Below, in pieces: positions 1-11,997 of a stretch of 64,000 nt of DNA. The first letter of the stretch is position 1. Each line of letters opens with the position of its first letter. Made by a program: the position numbers and the translations under genes. This DNA comes from Haliotis cracherodii (lineage: Eukaryota): assembly GCF_022045235.1 (NCBI RefSeq), contig NW_027266275.1, positions 52,514,001 through 52,578,000 on the forward strand, given 5' to 3'. The notes under the pieces are model-generated. The model did no database searches. It had not been told where the DNA came from and saw only the letters and a list, made by a program, of their open reading frames with translations.

Positions 1-85
1 TGGATGCTCACGCTATCGCTCACCGGTTAACATGTTCCAGACTGTCACTATCAACACCATATCTACTCTGTGTCTCTTGTACAAA

Positions 86-343
86 TGAAAATCCGGGGTA
101 GAATAGTCTTCAGCAACCCATGCTAGCCGTAAAGGGCGACTATGTTTGTCGTAAGAGGCGATTAACAGGATCGGGTGGTCAGGCTCGATGACTTGGTTGA
201 AACATGTCATCGATCCCAATTGCATGGATCGATGCTCATGATATTAATCACTGGATTGTCTGGTCCAGACTTGAATATTTACAGACCGCCGTCATATAGC
301 TGGAATATTGTTCGGTGCGGCGTAAAATAATAAACCAACCAAC
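86..343 (+). mobile_element. Meta/MESC-domain SINE (headless copy)
   Basis: ATCCGGGGTAGAATAG..CAGCAACCCATGC..TTGTCGTAAGAGGCGA Meta core, 3' tail GCTGGAATATTG..TGCGGCGTAAAA and (AACC)n end; homologous to 1126-1318, 6229-6490 and 36821-37015. Confidence 0.8.
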
Positions 344-1031
344 TCATGTACAGATTTTCGTGGTGCTATAAATTCATAATTCATAATTCAAAACGCACCT
401 ATTAAAACTAGAGTAGAGTAAATAAACTAGTGGCAGCACACCCATCGCCAACAATGCGAGGAACGGCCTGCATCCAACAGAGCGATACATTAACGTGATA
501 CGTCGATGCTGAGGTCTCTCCTCTCCCTCCTGCTAACCCATCATCCAAGTTACCTAACACCCGGACACTCCCTGTTTTACCCTCATCAGCTCTGCAGGTG
601 ACCTAGGTGTGTACGTTCTTTCTCAGTAGCCGTACATGTCGCTCGCATTGTGTCTCCCATCTGCTTTAAAGGGCCGCTATGATTCACGTTCAACTGTTGC
701 ATTGACTCAGCGTACAACATAGTCGGGAAGGCAGGTGTTCATGCTACAAGAGATTTAGTATTCCGCTTATATTTTGTTTCAGCTGCCCCTTTAAGGAATA
801 AAATCATTCATTCACCGCTGAAGACTTCCAATTACACGTCATGTCAGAACCTTTCATCCAGCCAATCAGAGCGTCGCTTGCCAGTTAATGATTGTGTTTT
901 CCAATCATGCAGCCTCGAAAAGAATAATACTAATTCTTGTTAGTCATTTCAATGGTTGGTCAAAATTCGCAAAAGGTCGTTCCGACGTGACCCACAATAG
1001 GATTCCGTGAACTAATAAGCGTGAACTAAGA

Positions 1032-1092
1032 GTGAATGAGTATAGTTTAACGCCGCTTTTGTCACTATTCCAGCAATGTCATGGCGGGGTCC
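1032..1092 (-). mobile_element. 5'-truncated SINE tail with 14-bp target-site duplication
   Basis: Tail of the tRNA-Asp-like SINE family flanked by AGCGTGAACTAAGA at 1018-1031 and 1093-1106. Confidence 0.75.
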
Positions 1093-1125
1093 AGCGTGAA
1101 CTAAGATCTGATTTCAATAAGAATG

Positions 1126-1318
1126 AGAAGATCCGGGTTAGAATTGGTCTTCAGCGTCCCATGATTGTCGTGAGAGCCGGGTAATCAGACTCGATGACTT
1201 GCGTTGATCGATGTTCATGATGTCAATTACTGTATTGTCTGACTCAATTATTTACAGACCGCCGTTATAAAGTTTTGATATTGCTGAGTGTGGCGTTAAA
1301 CAAAAACAAACAAACAAA
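1126..1318 (+). mobile_element. Meta/MESC-domain SINE, diverged
   Basis: GAAGATCCGGGTTAGAAT..TTGTCGTGAGAG..ATATTGCTGAGTGTGGCGTTAAAC followed by (AAAC)n. Confidence 0.75.
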
Positions 1319-2270
1319 GGACAATACTCGTTACAATAGATTCTTTTATCCGGAATTCTTTAAATCATTCCGTACTGATTAAGGATGTTTCATTAAGACT
1401 GTTCAGTATAATATAGTCGGAATCGTGCAATGAACTCTGCTTTTAGAAGACATTTCTTATGATTATGAAACAGTTTTGTTGTCTTTATTCCGAACAGGAG
1501 CTATACTTAATTATCCTACAAAAGGGTGTGACCATGTAGACGGCAGTTAATTCTGATGACTTTTGAATTTAAAAGCAAAAGTGATGATTTGCACATGAAC
1601 TACATGTAGCTTAGGCTTGATTATCAGTAAAACAGCTGATGATGCACAAGATTTTTTTTTAAGGAAATGATTAGGTAACTCAACACTAATTCTATTTTCG
1701 TTATCCGTCATAGTTTCCAGATGCACCCCCAGGTATTGGAACAGAAAGATAATTTGATAGAGAAATGTTTGTATTGAACTATAAAACTTGAATTCAAACA
1801 CCGGATGTTTTCCGATTACACATGATGGCCCTCTGTGAATGCCATTTAGTTTTAAGTTGTTTTGCAATAACATTAACATTTACAATTCTTCGTAGATGTC
1901 ATGCCAGGTATTCAACCCAAACTGCCTTTTAGACCAAAAGGTTTGTTATAATTATTCCATTTTTATATCATCCACCGGGTAACTGATCACTGCTGGAGGG
2001 ACAGTTGAAAGAGACATGCTTATTTTAGCAGCCAGCTCACGCATCCACGTACTATCCTGCCAACAGCTTGGTCACAATTTATACACTTGAAAAAATTGAA
2101 TTGGACCAAAAAATTAAAAACGTTATAAAAAAAATACTACGGTAAAAACACTGCGAACTCCAAAACACAACTATGATACCGTTTCAAGTACATCACAATC
2201 GAATAACCATTTTGTTTCATTTTTAGCCACCAACAAACATGGGCGTGCACTTTCTTTGCTGGCAGTTTAT

Positions 2271-3302
2271 GTGTACTACAGACAGCTATTGATACAGTTG
2301 ACTGTGGGAGTCGGTGTACTACAGACAGCTATTGATGCAGCTGACTGTGGGAGTCGGTGTACTTCAGACAGCCATTGATACAGTTGACTGTGGGAGTCGG
2401 TGTACTACAGACAGCTATTGATACAGTTGACTGTGGGAGTCGGTGTACTACAGAAAGCTATTGATACAGTTGACCATAGGAGTCGGTGTACTTCAGACAA
2501 GATACAGTTGACTGTGGGAGTCGGTGTACTACAGAAAGCTATTGATACAGTTGACCATAGGAGTCGGTGTACTACAGACAGGATACAGTTGACTGTGGGA
2601 GTGAGTGTACTGCAGACAGGATACAGTTGAGTGTGGGAGTGGGTGTACTGCAGACAGCTATTGATACAGTTGACTGTGGGAGTCGGTGTACTACAGACAA
2701 GATACAGTTGAGTGTGGGAGTGGGTGTACTACAGACAAGATACAGTTGAGTGTGGGAGTCGGTGTACTACAGACAGGATACAGTTGAGTGTGGGAGTGGG
2801 TGTACTACAGACAAGATACAGTTGAGTGTGGGAGTGGGTGTACTACAGACAGGATACAGTTGAGTGTGGGAGTGGGTGTACTGCAGACAGCTATTGATAC
2901 AGTTGACTGTGGGAGTGGGTGTACTACAGACAAGATACAGTTGAGTGTGGGAGTGGGTGTACTACAGACAGGATACAGTTGAGTGTGGAAGTGGTTGTAC
3001 TACAGACAAGATACAGTTGAGTGTGGGAGTCGGTGTACTACAGACAAGATACAGTTGAGTGTGGGAGTCGGTGTACTACAGACAAGATACAGTTGAGTGT
3101 GGGAGTGGGTGTACTACAGACAGGATACAGTTGAGTGTGGGAGTCGGTGTACTACAGACAAGATACAGTTGAGTGTGGGAGTCGGTGTACTACAGACAAG
3201 ATACAGTTGAGTGTGGGAGTCGGTGTACTACAGACAAGATACAGTTGAGTGTGGGAGTGGGTGTACTGCAGACAGCTATTGATACAGTTGACCATAGGAG
3301 TC
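2271..3302. repeat. Minisatellite with 43-bp and 38-bp monomer variants
   Basis: GTGTACTACAGACA(GCTATT/A)GATACAGTTGA(C/G)TGTGGGAGT(C/G)G repeated about 25 times. Confidence 0.95.
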
Positions 3303-3994
3303 ACGGCCATGGTAACCCGATGCACGTGAGTTCCTTGCAAATTGAAATGCACATGCGTTCCCCCATTTCTTGCCCAATTAAAATCCACCCCGAGTTTCAC
3401 TTTCACAACATTTGACACATTAATTTCAACCTTGATGATTACTTTTGCCAAGTTTCATCTTTTTTATATGTCTCAAAGTATGTTCACTGTGTTTGGACAA
3501 ATAAGGTTTCTAATATATCTATCCATGGTGACGTTTCTTTTGCGGTTCAGTATATATTCTTTTCGAAAATGTTTTTCTTCATTTGTTTATAGTCTCTGTT
3601 TCTGTTCTATCACAAAATGAATGGTGATACATACCTCCTTTACGTAAATAACACTTCACTCCAACCACAGGCTGCCGTCAGGCAGAGGTCATTTGTTGCG
3701 GGGGAGAGGCGCAAGTTCTACCCCCATCCCACACATATGCTTGCTCAGGACTGGTAAGGCCGCGGACAGTAACGTGATGAACATTTAGGTGACTTCACAA
3801 AACATACGTTGATCCCTGAAAACATTTCTTTAAAATAATTGTATTCATTTTGTTTTTGTTTTTTAAACAACATTCTTCATCTGCTATTTTAAGGAAACTA
3901 AATTTGATTTAGTGTGGTCTAGACTTGCCTAGGGTTTTGGTAATATCAATCACTGGACTATCTGTAACTACACGATAACATGCATCAACAAAGT

Positions 3995-4062
3995 CCCGTT
4001 AGACGCCTCTCACGACAAGCATAGGTTCCTGAAGACCTATTCTAACCCGGATCTTCACGGGT
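3995..4062 (-). mobile_element. Meta/MESC SINE 5' fragment
   Basis: Reverse complement begins GACCCGTGAAGATCCGGGTTAGAATAGG and has a single Meta core. Confidence 0.7.
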
Positions 4063-4097
4063 CTATTCTATATTGATATTTTCTCGCTTACACTCAT

Positions 4098-5050
4098 ATC
4101 AATCATCAATCATGGTATTTCCAATACATATAGGCCACAGGCCTTTGTGAACATAACTGAGTACAGACAGGTTTTAAACATTCGGTTGCGCATTTCTTAC
4201 TTCATTTGCATAATATAGATATTTTGCTAGATGTGTAATAATATATGTATCTGGTGATGAAAGAAGCATATTAAATTTATGAACGTTAGGATGACAATAG
4301 AACTTTGCTTTGAGATATAGTTGCCATAAGTTGACATACGTTGGACAAATAAGCAGGAATTTGTACTCGGTTTCAACACAGTCTAATTTAAAAAGTTTGC
4401 ATTTTCTTAAATTTCTTGGAATTTTATAATGACGTCCATTCTCAATTTCCAAAGCATGGCAACTCAGTCTGAATCTCGTGAGGGCTGTTTTCATATTTTG
4501 CGAATTTAAGAAATACAGATAAGGTTCACATTTAACACAAGTTTGAAAACAAGCATAATATGACATTTTTGAACTTGCAAGAAGTTCGCTATATCAGATC
4601 TGCTGAAAATTCTCTTTTAAACGTTGTTGAAACATATTAAGAAAAAGCTTTCGGTTTCCATACATTTGAAACATCCATACATCTCCGAACCCAAGTTTAC
4701 ATAGACAATTCACGCGACCATGTTCAGCATACAGGCACAACATATTGTAGCATTTTCTTGTTAAACGAAATGTTCTTGTTTAGTATGTTCAACCAATATT
4801 TCACACATCTGGTCAAAGCATATACACGGATAGGGTATCTGCCACACTCGCCCAATACAGCATTATTTGATGCAGATAATTTTAAACCCCAAAGCCGTTT
4901 GCAAGCATATAACTGCACAGTTTCCAATTTTTTAACATTTTCAACCCCCCCGACCTCGGCACCATACAGAAGCACTGGCATGATCTTCGAATCGAAAATT
5001 TGGAAGTAGAAATCTGGTGAAAAAGGTTGTAGTGAATGTATACCTCTCAG
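4098..5050 (-). mobile_element. CR1/L2-group LINE, 3' fragment of ORF2 (degenerate)
   Basis: IFDSKIMPVLLYGAEV, NNAVLGECGRYP, LTRFRLSCHALEIENGR..ETEYKFLLICP post-RT motifs; 3' hairpin AGGCC-TGT-GGCCT and short-repeat tail. Confidence 0.85.
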
Positions 5051-5305
5051 GATAGTTATCCATACCCATTTCGCCTGCAGGGCAATCTTATAACTCAGAT
5101 ACTGCGTAGATACCACGTTTTACTCTTACGTCTGCTGCAAAATGGCGTCGACAGTTGGGAGAAGTGAAGAGGAACTAAAATAACAACAACAAATATTTGT
5201 CGCGTGAAAACACAAGTTGGTAAACATTTTGGATTTTTCCAACCTGTATTTACAAACGTGTGTTTCCCTTGTAATGTTGTCTTTATGTTATCTTTGTATT
5301 GATGC

Positions 5306-5467
5306 GGGGCGGTCGGGTAGCCTTGTGGTTAAAGCTTTCGCTCGTCACGCCGAAGACCCGGGTTCGATTCCCGACATGGGTACAATGTGTGAAGCCCATT
5401 TCAGGTGTCCCTGGTGTTGATTGCTTGAATATTGCTAAAAGCGGCGTCAGACCGAACTCACTCACTC
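5306..5467 (+). mobile_element. tRNA(Asp)-derived SINE
   Basis: A box TAGCCTTGTGG, CGCTCGTCACGCCGAAGACCCGGGTTCGATTCCC (tRNA-Asp-like anticodon arm plus B box), tail AATATTGCTAAAAGCGGCGT and (ACTC)n. Confidence 0.85.
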
Positions 5468-5639
5468 AATTATATCGATACACCTTAACTTAATTTGAAA
5501 CCGAGCATTTGTGTGTCAAGGTCCACACCTAATAATTCAAACATTTGCCTGTGAGACTTTTGATGTTGTGGTGAATAGTTTATTGCCTATATAAAGTACA
5601 CGTGCGTGCATGCATTAGTCCGGGCTAGCCTTTGCAAAA

Positions 5640-5849
5640 ACCATGCCGCAGTTATAACATGAATACCCCACACGTCAGACACAGGTAACTGACGCCAAGC
5701 CGAGTTCATTCCTTAAATACCGAGAGCCAGCCTGGGTAAGAAAAAATATCATCTTTTAACGTCTTTTGGTATGACGCGGCCGGGGGTCGAACCACTAATA
5801 TTTCGCTCTCCCGGAAAACGCCCTATCCACTGGACCACAGAGGTGGTCC
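5640..5849 (-). mobile_element. V-domain-type tRNA SINE
   Basis: Minus strand: TGGTCCAGTGG A box, GGTTCGACCCC B box, then GCGTCATACCAAAAGACGTTAAAA..GCTGGCTCTCGGTATTTAAGG. Confidence 0.65.
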
Positions 5850-6228
5850 CAACATACATGTATTCTGAAAAATAAATCAGGAAAGGTAAAAAGCATGGCG
5901 GGGTAAACTAGTATACAGTCATGGTTCTCTATGTTGTTTGAGTGAGACGTTAAGGCTAACTATCTGTTGCAGTTTAATCACATTCAATAATTTAAGACCG
6001 TATGCTCATCCCCGCCCGCTCCAACCTGCCACTATCCCCAACCCTCCACTGCCCATCGCCACTACTGTCCCTCCCAAGTTCTACCCCCACCCAAATGCAC
6101 CACTATCCAAACCCACCACTTTCGACGCCCAACTGCTATCCCCACCGCACCACTACCCCCATCCGCTACTGTCCCCATCCCACTACTTTCCCTACCCCGC
6201 AGACTTCACTCTGCTGAGGGTTGGGTTG

Positions 6229-6490
6229 TGGTGTTTGCTGTTTAACGCCGCACTCAGCAATATTCTAGCTATATGACCGCGGTCTGTAAATAATCGAGTC
6301 TGGACCAGACAATCCAGTGAATGACATCATGAGCATCGATCCACGCAATTGGGATACGATGACATGCAATAACCATGTCAGCGAGCCTGACCACCCAATC
6401 CCGTTAGTCGCCTCTTACGACAAGTATAGTCGCTTTTTATGGCAAGCATGGGTTGCTGAAGACCTATTCTACCCCTGATCTTCACGCGTC
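6229..6490 (-). mobile_element. Meta/MESC-domain SINE, complete headless copy
   Basis: Near-consensus copy with duplicated core CTTGCCATAAAAAGCGACTATA + CTTGTCGTAAGAGGCGACTAAC. Confidence 0.85.
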
Positions 6491-6776
6491 CCCTCTGCAG
6501 AGGTGACATGCGGTCATATAACGTAGTTCAGTGACAGTGTTCATAACAACGTTAAACCCAACTACCTCACTGAATGTCAATGTGAATATGCGCACTGTTT
6601 GCTGCCTGTTTATGCCACGTGTGATGTGTTTTTTTTGTTCTTGATTCCCTTTCATTGCGATGGCACAGTATGCATACCGCCACACAGAAAGAAGCGACAA
6701 ACCTCTCAATGTGTTGTAGCAAATGTGTAATGCGTTAGTATATAACTGACAAACATGCACTGCTAACACACGATAA

Positions 6777-6938
6777 TGAGCGAGTATGGTTTTACGCCGT
6801 TTTTTGGCAATATTCCAGCAATATAACGGCGTGGGGACACCAGAAATGGGCTTCACACATTTTACCGATATGGGGATTCGAACTCGGGCATTCGGCGTGA
6901 CGAGCGAATGCTTTAATCACTAGGCTACCCCACCGTCC
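6777..6938 (-). mobile_element. tRNA(Asp)-derived SINE
   Basis: Reverse-complement homologue of 5306-5467. Confidence 0.85.
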
Positions 6939-7856
6939 TAAGACTTTCGTCAGTCATCACGAACATATGGTGTCGGCATTTGATATTTCTTTCAGTTTAC
7001 AAGCATTGTATTCACGTCATTCAATGTTTCACGTTGCTAGGCGACTTCATTTAGGAAACAAGGCCTATTGAGTTTCAAGTGGCTTCTAGAGCTCGAATGA
7101 ATGTTAACTGTTTACTTGCGGTATTTTCAAAAAGTGTTTATCTTCTATTACACATACAGTTAATACAGTTTACTCTCTTGGCGTTGATGTCTTTCTGGTC
7201 TATGTTGTCGTGATGTAGCAGACAATACAACTCACCGGCGTAAAACACTACTTACTCCACCTTGCCCTCCGTGCCTCATTCTGGAAAAAGGATTCTCGTT
7301 AATCCGAACGAAATTAAGCCCTGATTAACAAATGTCCGGATTAACAACTCACTTTGCATACATCGACCAAATGCCAATGGGTATAGTAATGACGTAAAGA
7401 AATCAGTGGCATTAAGTGTTGAAAAGACAGTGTTCATTAAACTACAGCCAGTTGACCGAGTCGAGGTCACCGAAACGACACCTGTCCTTGTTTGAAACCA
7501 CTCCTAAAAATATAATGAAATCAAAGAGACTGCAATTTTTTGTGATTTTCGAAATTTCAAAGGTATGGTGGCTGATACCTGATAGTTCGGAGTGATCAAA
7601 ACCACGGGAGTGACAGGATGGCCACTGGCAGTGATGAGTAAAGCATTAACTCTGGATTAACCTGCACGCATTGAGTGTCATATCACGTCAAAGATCGCTC
7701 ACAACATTAAATTTCAGTTTAATATATCAGGACTTCAAGTCCTTGAGGTTTGTATAAATGTATGAATATTGTGGTCATGTCAAAGGACAGATTTTTTGTT
7801 TTAGTGACGATGTATTAAAGTGTACATATTCAATCTTTTGTTGAAGAATAATATGG

Positions 7857-8220
7857 TGATTGAGAAATGGGGTTTTATGGCGCTTTCGAGAATATTGCAC
7901 TTACAATGTGATTGAGAAATGGAGTTTAATGGCGCTTTCGAGAATATTGCACTTATAATGTGATTGAGAAATGGAGTTTAATGGCGCTTTCGAGAATATT
8001 GCAATTATAATGTGATTGAGAAATGGAGTTTAATGTCGCTTTCGAGAATATTGCACTTATAATGTGATTGAGAAATGGAGTTTAATGGCGCTTTCTAAAA
8101 TATTGCCCTTATAATGTGATTGAGCAATGGGGTTTAATGGCGCTTTCGAGAATATTGCACTTATAATGTGATTGAGAAATGGGGTTTAATGGCGCTTTCG
8201 AGAATATTGCACTTATAATG
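7857..8220. repeat. 52-bp tandem repeat, 7 copies, derived from a SINE 3' tail
   Basis: TGATTGAGAAATGG(G/A)GTTTAATGGCGCTTTCGAGAATATTGCACTTATAATG x7. Confidence 0.95.
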
Positions 8221-8337
8221 TGACCTGTGGCAAGCGCCAGGCAGGGATGTAAGGAGCTCCATCCTTTCACGTAGTTTGGTTTGACAGGCGGGGATCGAAC
8301 CACCGACATTTCGCTTTCGGGAAGAACGCCCTATCCA
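8221..8337 (-). mobile_element. V-domain-type SINE head and body
   Basis: Minus strand: TGGATAGGGCGTT..GGTTCGATCCC..GTCAAACCAAACTACG..CCCTGCCTGGCGCTTG; homologous to the head at 5780-5830. Confidence 0.7.
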
Positions 8338-8569
8338 AGAATGTCCAGGGGACATCATTAAGGAACATATGAAAACAAAGAAGTGGTACTAAACTTTTGT
8401 TTCAGCTGTGTTATTCGTTCCAGTGCCTTGTTGGACTTTTACCGTCCTCAGCACTATGTGTGCTGTATAGAACGAGATACCTCCTCCTTAACTGTTAATG
8501 TTAAAAACTGTAGATCTAGGAGAAAACCCCAGTACGTTTTTATATTTAGAGGAGTAGAATGGTAATGTA

Positions 8570-11246
8570 AAGGAGAAGGTATCCAAGGACTTGACTTTGC
8601 CGAGAGTTAGGGGCACACGGGACAGAACCAAGACAAATAACTTCGGTAATAAACTGATTGGTATTTGTAAAATTCGGAATTTATTTTTAGGAAATGGACG
8701 ACAAGGTACAGATAAACTAATTGGAAAAACAACATGTAAGGACAAAACTGTAATTGATCATGTCATTGCTTCCCCCGTGTGCCTACACATTTGATATAAG
8801 GAGTTCTCCCAACTATTCTCGGATATACGTTGTCCACTCACATTCACGCAAGCTGTGACAAAACCTAACTTAGAAAAACGTGGACCCCCCTAAACCGTAC
8901 AACATACACCAGGATATGAATAAACCAAAACGTTACGACAACAACAAAACTGACTTATTCCGCCCAAATATAGATGTTGAACAAATAAATAAACTCACCC
9001 AGTTCGACCAAACAATCTTGGAGACAGCGCTAACAGACGCTGCACGTGCGGCATTTGGTGTAAGAAGCTGAAGTGGTGAAGCTATGTACCGTAGTAAAAC
9101 TGATAAACAATAGTTCGGAAATGAATGCAAAAAGGCAATAAAAATGTTTTACAAAGCCAAACTTCGTTTTAAGAAGAATAATACAGGAAGAAATAAAAGT
9201 GTCTGCCGACAGCATTCGAAGGCTTATAAACAATGCATGGACAAGTAGTTTCGAAATTATAATAACCAACTGACCGAAGCTTTTTGCAAAAATATCAAAC
9301 AATCGCCAAAGAATTTTGGAAAATAATAAATAAAAAACATACTACAGAAAAGAAAAATATACCGGACATTGCTAGCTTCTTTGAATCTTTCAAAAAATAA
9401 ACCAGAACCCTAACAAGACGAAGATGATTTTAAAGATCATATTTTAGACGGGAATGTAAGTGACTGCCGTATTTTGACTGATATCAGTACCGACGAAATT
9501 TTAAAGGCAGCAAGAAACTGAAACGGAACAAAGCAGCTTGTATAGACAATGTAGAATATGACTATATCATTGACAGTGTCGATTTATTAGCCCCTTTATA
9601 TACTGAATTCTTTAATCTGGTATTATACCTGAATCATGGTTAACAGAAATAATAAAACCAATTAAAACAGAGAGTTGATCCGTCTGAACTTATTTCATAT
9701 AGACCGATAACATTGCTGAATTGCTTCGGTAAATTGTTGACAAGTATTCTAAATGACCGATTAAAACTCTTTTTAGAAGAAAACGATCTTTTAACATCAG
9801 CGCAAGCTGGCTTTAGAAAGAACTTTTCAACGACAGATAATGTATTTGTAATTCATGTGTTATCACAGATATTAAAAACTCAAAAGAAAAACTCTTCTGT
9901 GCCTTTATAGACTTCACAAAAGCATTTGACACTGTCTGGGGAACTGGCCTTTGGACAAAATGTTAAAAACAGGCACAAAGGGAAAAATCTTTTATTTGGT
10001 AAAAATATGTATATAGAAATAAAATCATTGGTAAAATCAAATAATTCATTATCTGAGTATTTTCCGTGTGGATCAGGTGTTCGACATGAGGAAAATCTGT
10101 CAGCCCTTATGTTTTGAATCTTGCTTAATGACCTGGAATCCTGTTTAATCGGTACGAATGCGAATGAATTAATATGGACTGCTTAATTGTAACGGAGAAC
10201 GAGACCCAGGTTTGGATACATTTGATAGTATTCTTACATGCAGATGGCACTGTACTTTTTAGCGAAACTTGACAAGCTCTACACAACTCACTAGATGTGT
10301 TTCAAACTTATTGTTTAAAATGGAAACTAAACGCAGTTATATCAAACATACCATACATTCCAAAAATATATATAATTCCATAGAAACAGAAGATTTGTTA
10401 TTGGAATAAAAGCTCTGTACTGCGATGTACTGCTTATTTAAAGGAGCTAGAAATGTAAACCTACCACTCGATTGTCTCCAAGTTGCTCTTGATATTATGG
10501 TTGCTCCAATCCTTTTGTATTGTTCAGATGTATGGGGTTTTGAAAAGTTAGAAGTAATAGAAAAAAAATAAACTTAAAATTATTGAAACTTAAAGCCGGT
10601 TTAAGAAAATTAACGCCAAATTATATGGTGTATGGAAAACTGTATATGAAACTGTTTAAATTATGATAACTTATTGGCCAAAATGGCATAAGTAAAATAT
10701 CACATTTTTTGTACCGCTACATTCTCTCAAAGCCAGCCGAATACAAAGCTAATTTCCCATGGATTGTGTGTTCAAAAGATACTAAATGATGTTGGACTGA
10801 GTGAAATATTTCATACACCATACATATGCTCTACGAAGGGGCTGGTCTCAACGGTCGAACAGATACTTAAGGGTCAGTTTATACAAAAATGGAGGGAAAG
10901 TATGGAGTCGAGTCGACAGGGTATGTACTATAAACACTATAAGCAAAACCCAGTTTATGACTTGCCCGTTGAGACTGGTCGATGGCAGAATATACCAGGA
11001 GAAAAAAGACTTTGTCAACTCTGTTATTCATTTTCAGTAGGAGATGAGTTTCACTATCTTGTCAGATGCGAAGCTCTACTCCATCAAAGAATTCTGTATA
11101 TCCAAAAATATACTTGTGGCCAAATAATTTTAAAATCTGTAGAACTGTATCACCCCAAAGGCTGAAAGATATGAGAAATTTGTCCAGATATATTGTATGT
11201 CTATGTAAGTTAGTGGTTTCTTTGAGAATAAACTGAATCTGAGTCT
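8570..11246 (+). mobile_element. CR1/L2-group LINE ORF2 relic (APE endonuclease C-terminus, RT, C-terminal Cys motif) with many stops and frameshifts
   Basis: NNFGNKLI..NGR..TVIDHVIAS; YRPITLLNCFGKL..QAGFRKNFSTTD; AFIDFTKAFDTV; GVRHEENLS; LHADGT (YADD-like); LPVETGRW..RLCQLC..VGDEFHYL; AATAAA-CTGAATCTGAG tail. Confidence 0.9.
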
Positions 11247-11997
11247 GCTGACTGACATTTATAGATATCGCTGGAGGTTAAGGGACGTGCCCTGAGGGGG
11301 GTTGTTATTAGAGGGGACGACGAATGTTTGCTGAGCACATTAAACAGACAGAGGAGATAGAATTTCGGCGCACTTATGAAACATATTGACACAATTAGAT
11401 ACTTTAGATAAAAGAAGTTTTAAAGAAAATTATTGAAATGGTATATGCTGTAACAATAGTAATCCCTACCAATGTCACTTAGTGTTATCATATATAAGTC
11501 CAATATACTAGTATTTAATTGTTGAAACAAACTAAGTCTAGGCTCATTCAAAGGACCACATCTGATTATTGTTTTTGGATCAATTTTTCAATTATGCGGT
11601 TCCCGAAGACCCAAAATAGCCTGGTTCTTTCATTCGAAACCGAATATATATACTACCATGACAAAACAAACTCTTTAGTGAAAGCTGGTGCGCATGAAGA
11701 GTGATTTGGTTGAGTATAACTTTTGCCAAAAGTTGAAAGATGGAAATCAGGAAAAAATATAATATTGTTTTCAGATAAGTGACACAATAAAGCCCAATCA
11801 CTTCTAAAACAGCGAAACAAATCACCCAGTATAAAAACAATGTGAGCAATATATTATTCTAACTGTCCAAAGCTAAGATATAAAGAATACACAACTCGTG
11901 TGTTCTGACTTGTCAGACATCATCAGCACAGTACGTAATAATGATGGTAATGAATTAAACAATGCCTTCTCTTTACCATCTGACAGTGATGCCGTCG

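Noticed and set aside
5306-5385. tRNA-Asp gene
   Set aside because: No proper acceptor stem; continues into a SINE body and occurs as multiple diverged copies
5938-6276. Pro-rich ORF
   Set aside because: C-rich low-complexity degenerate repeat running into a SINE
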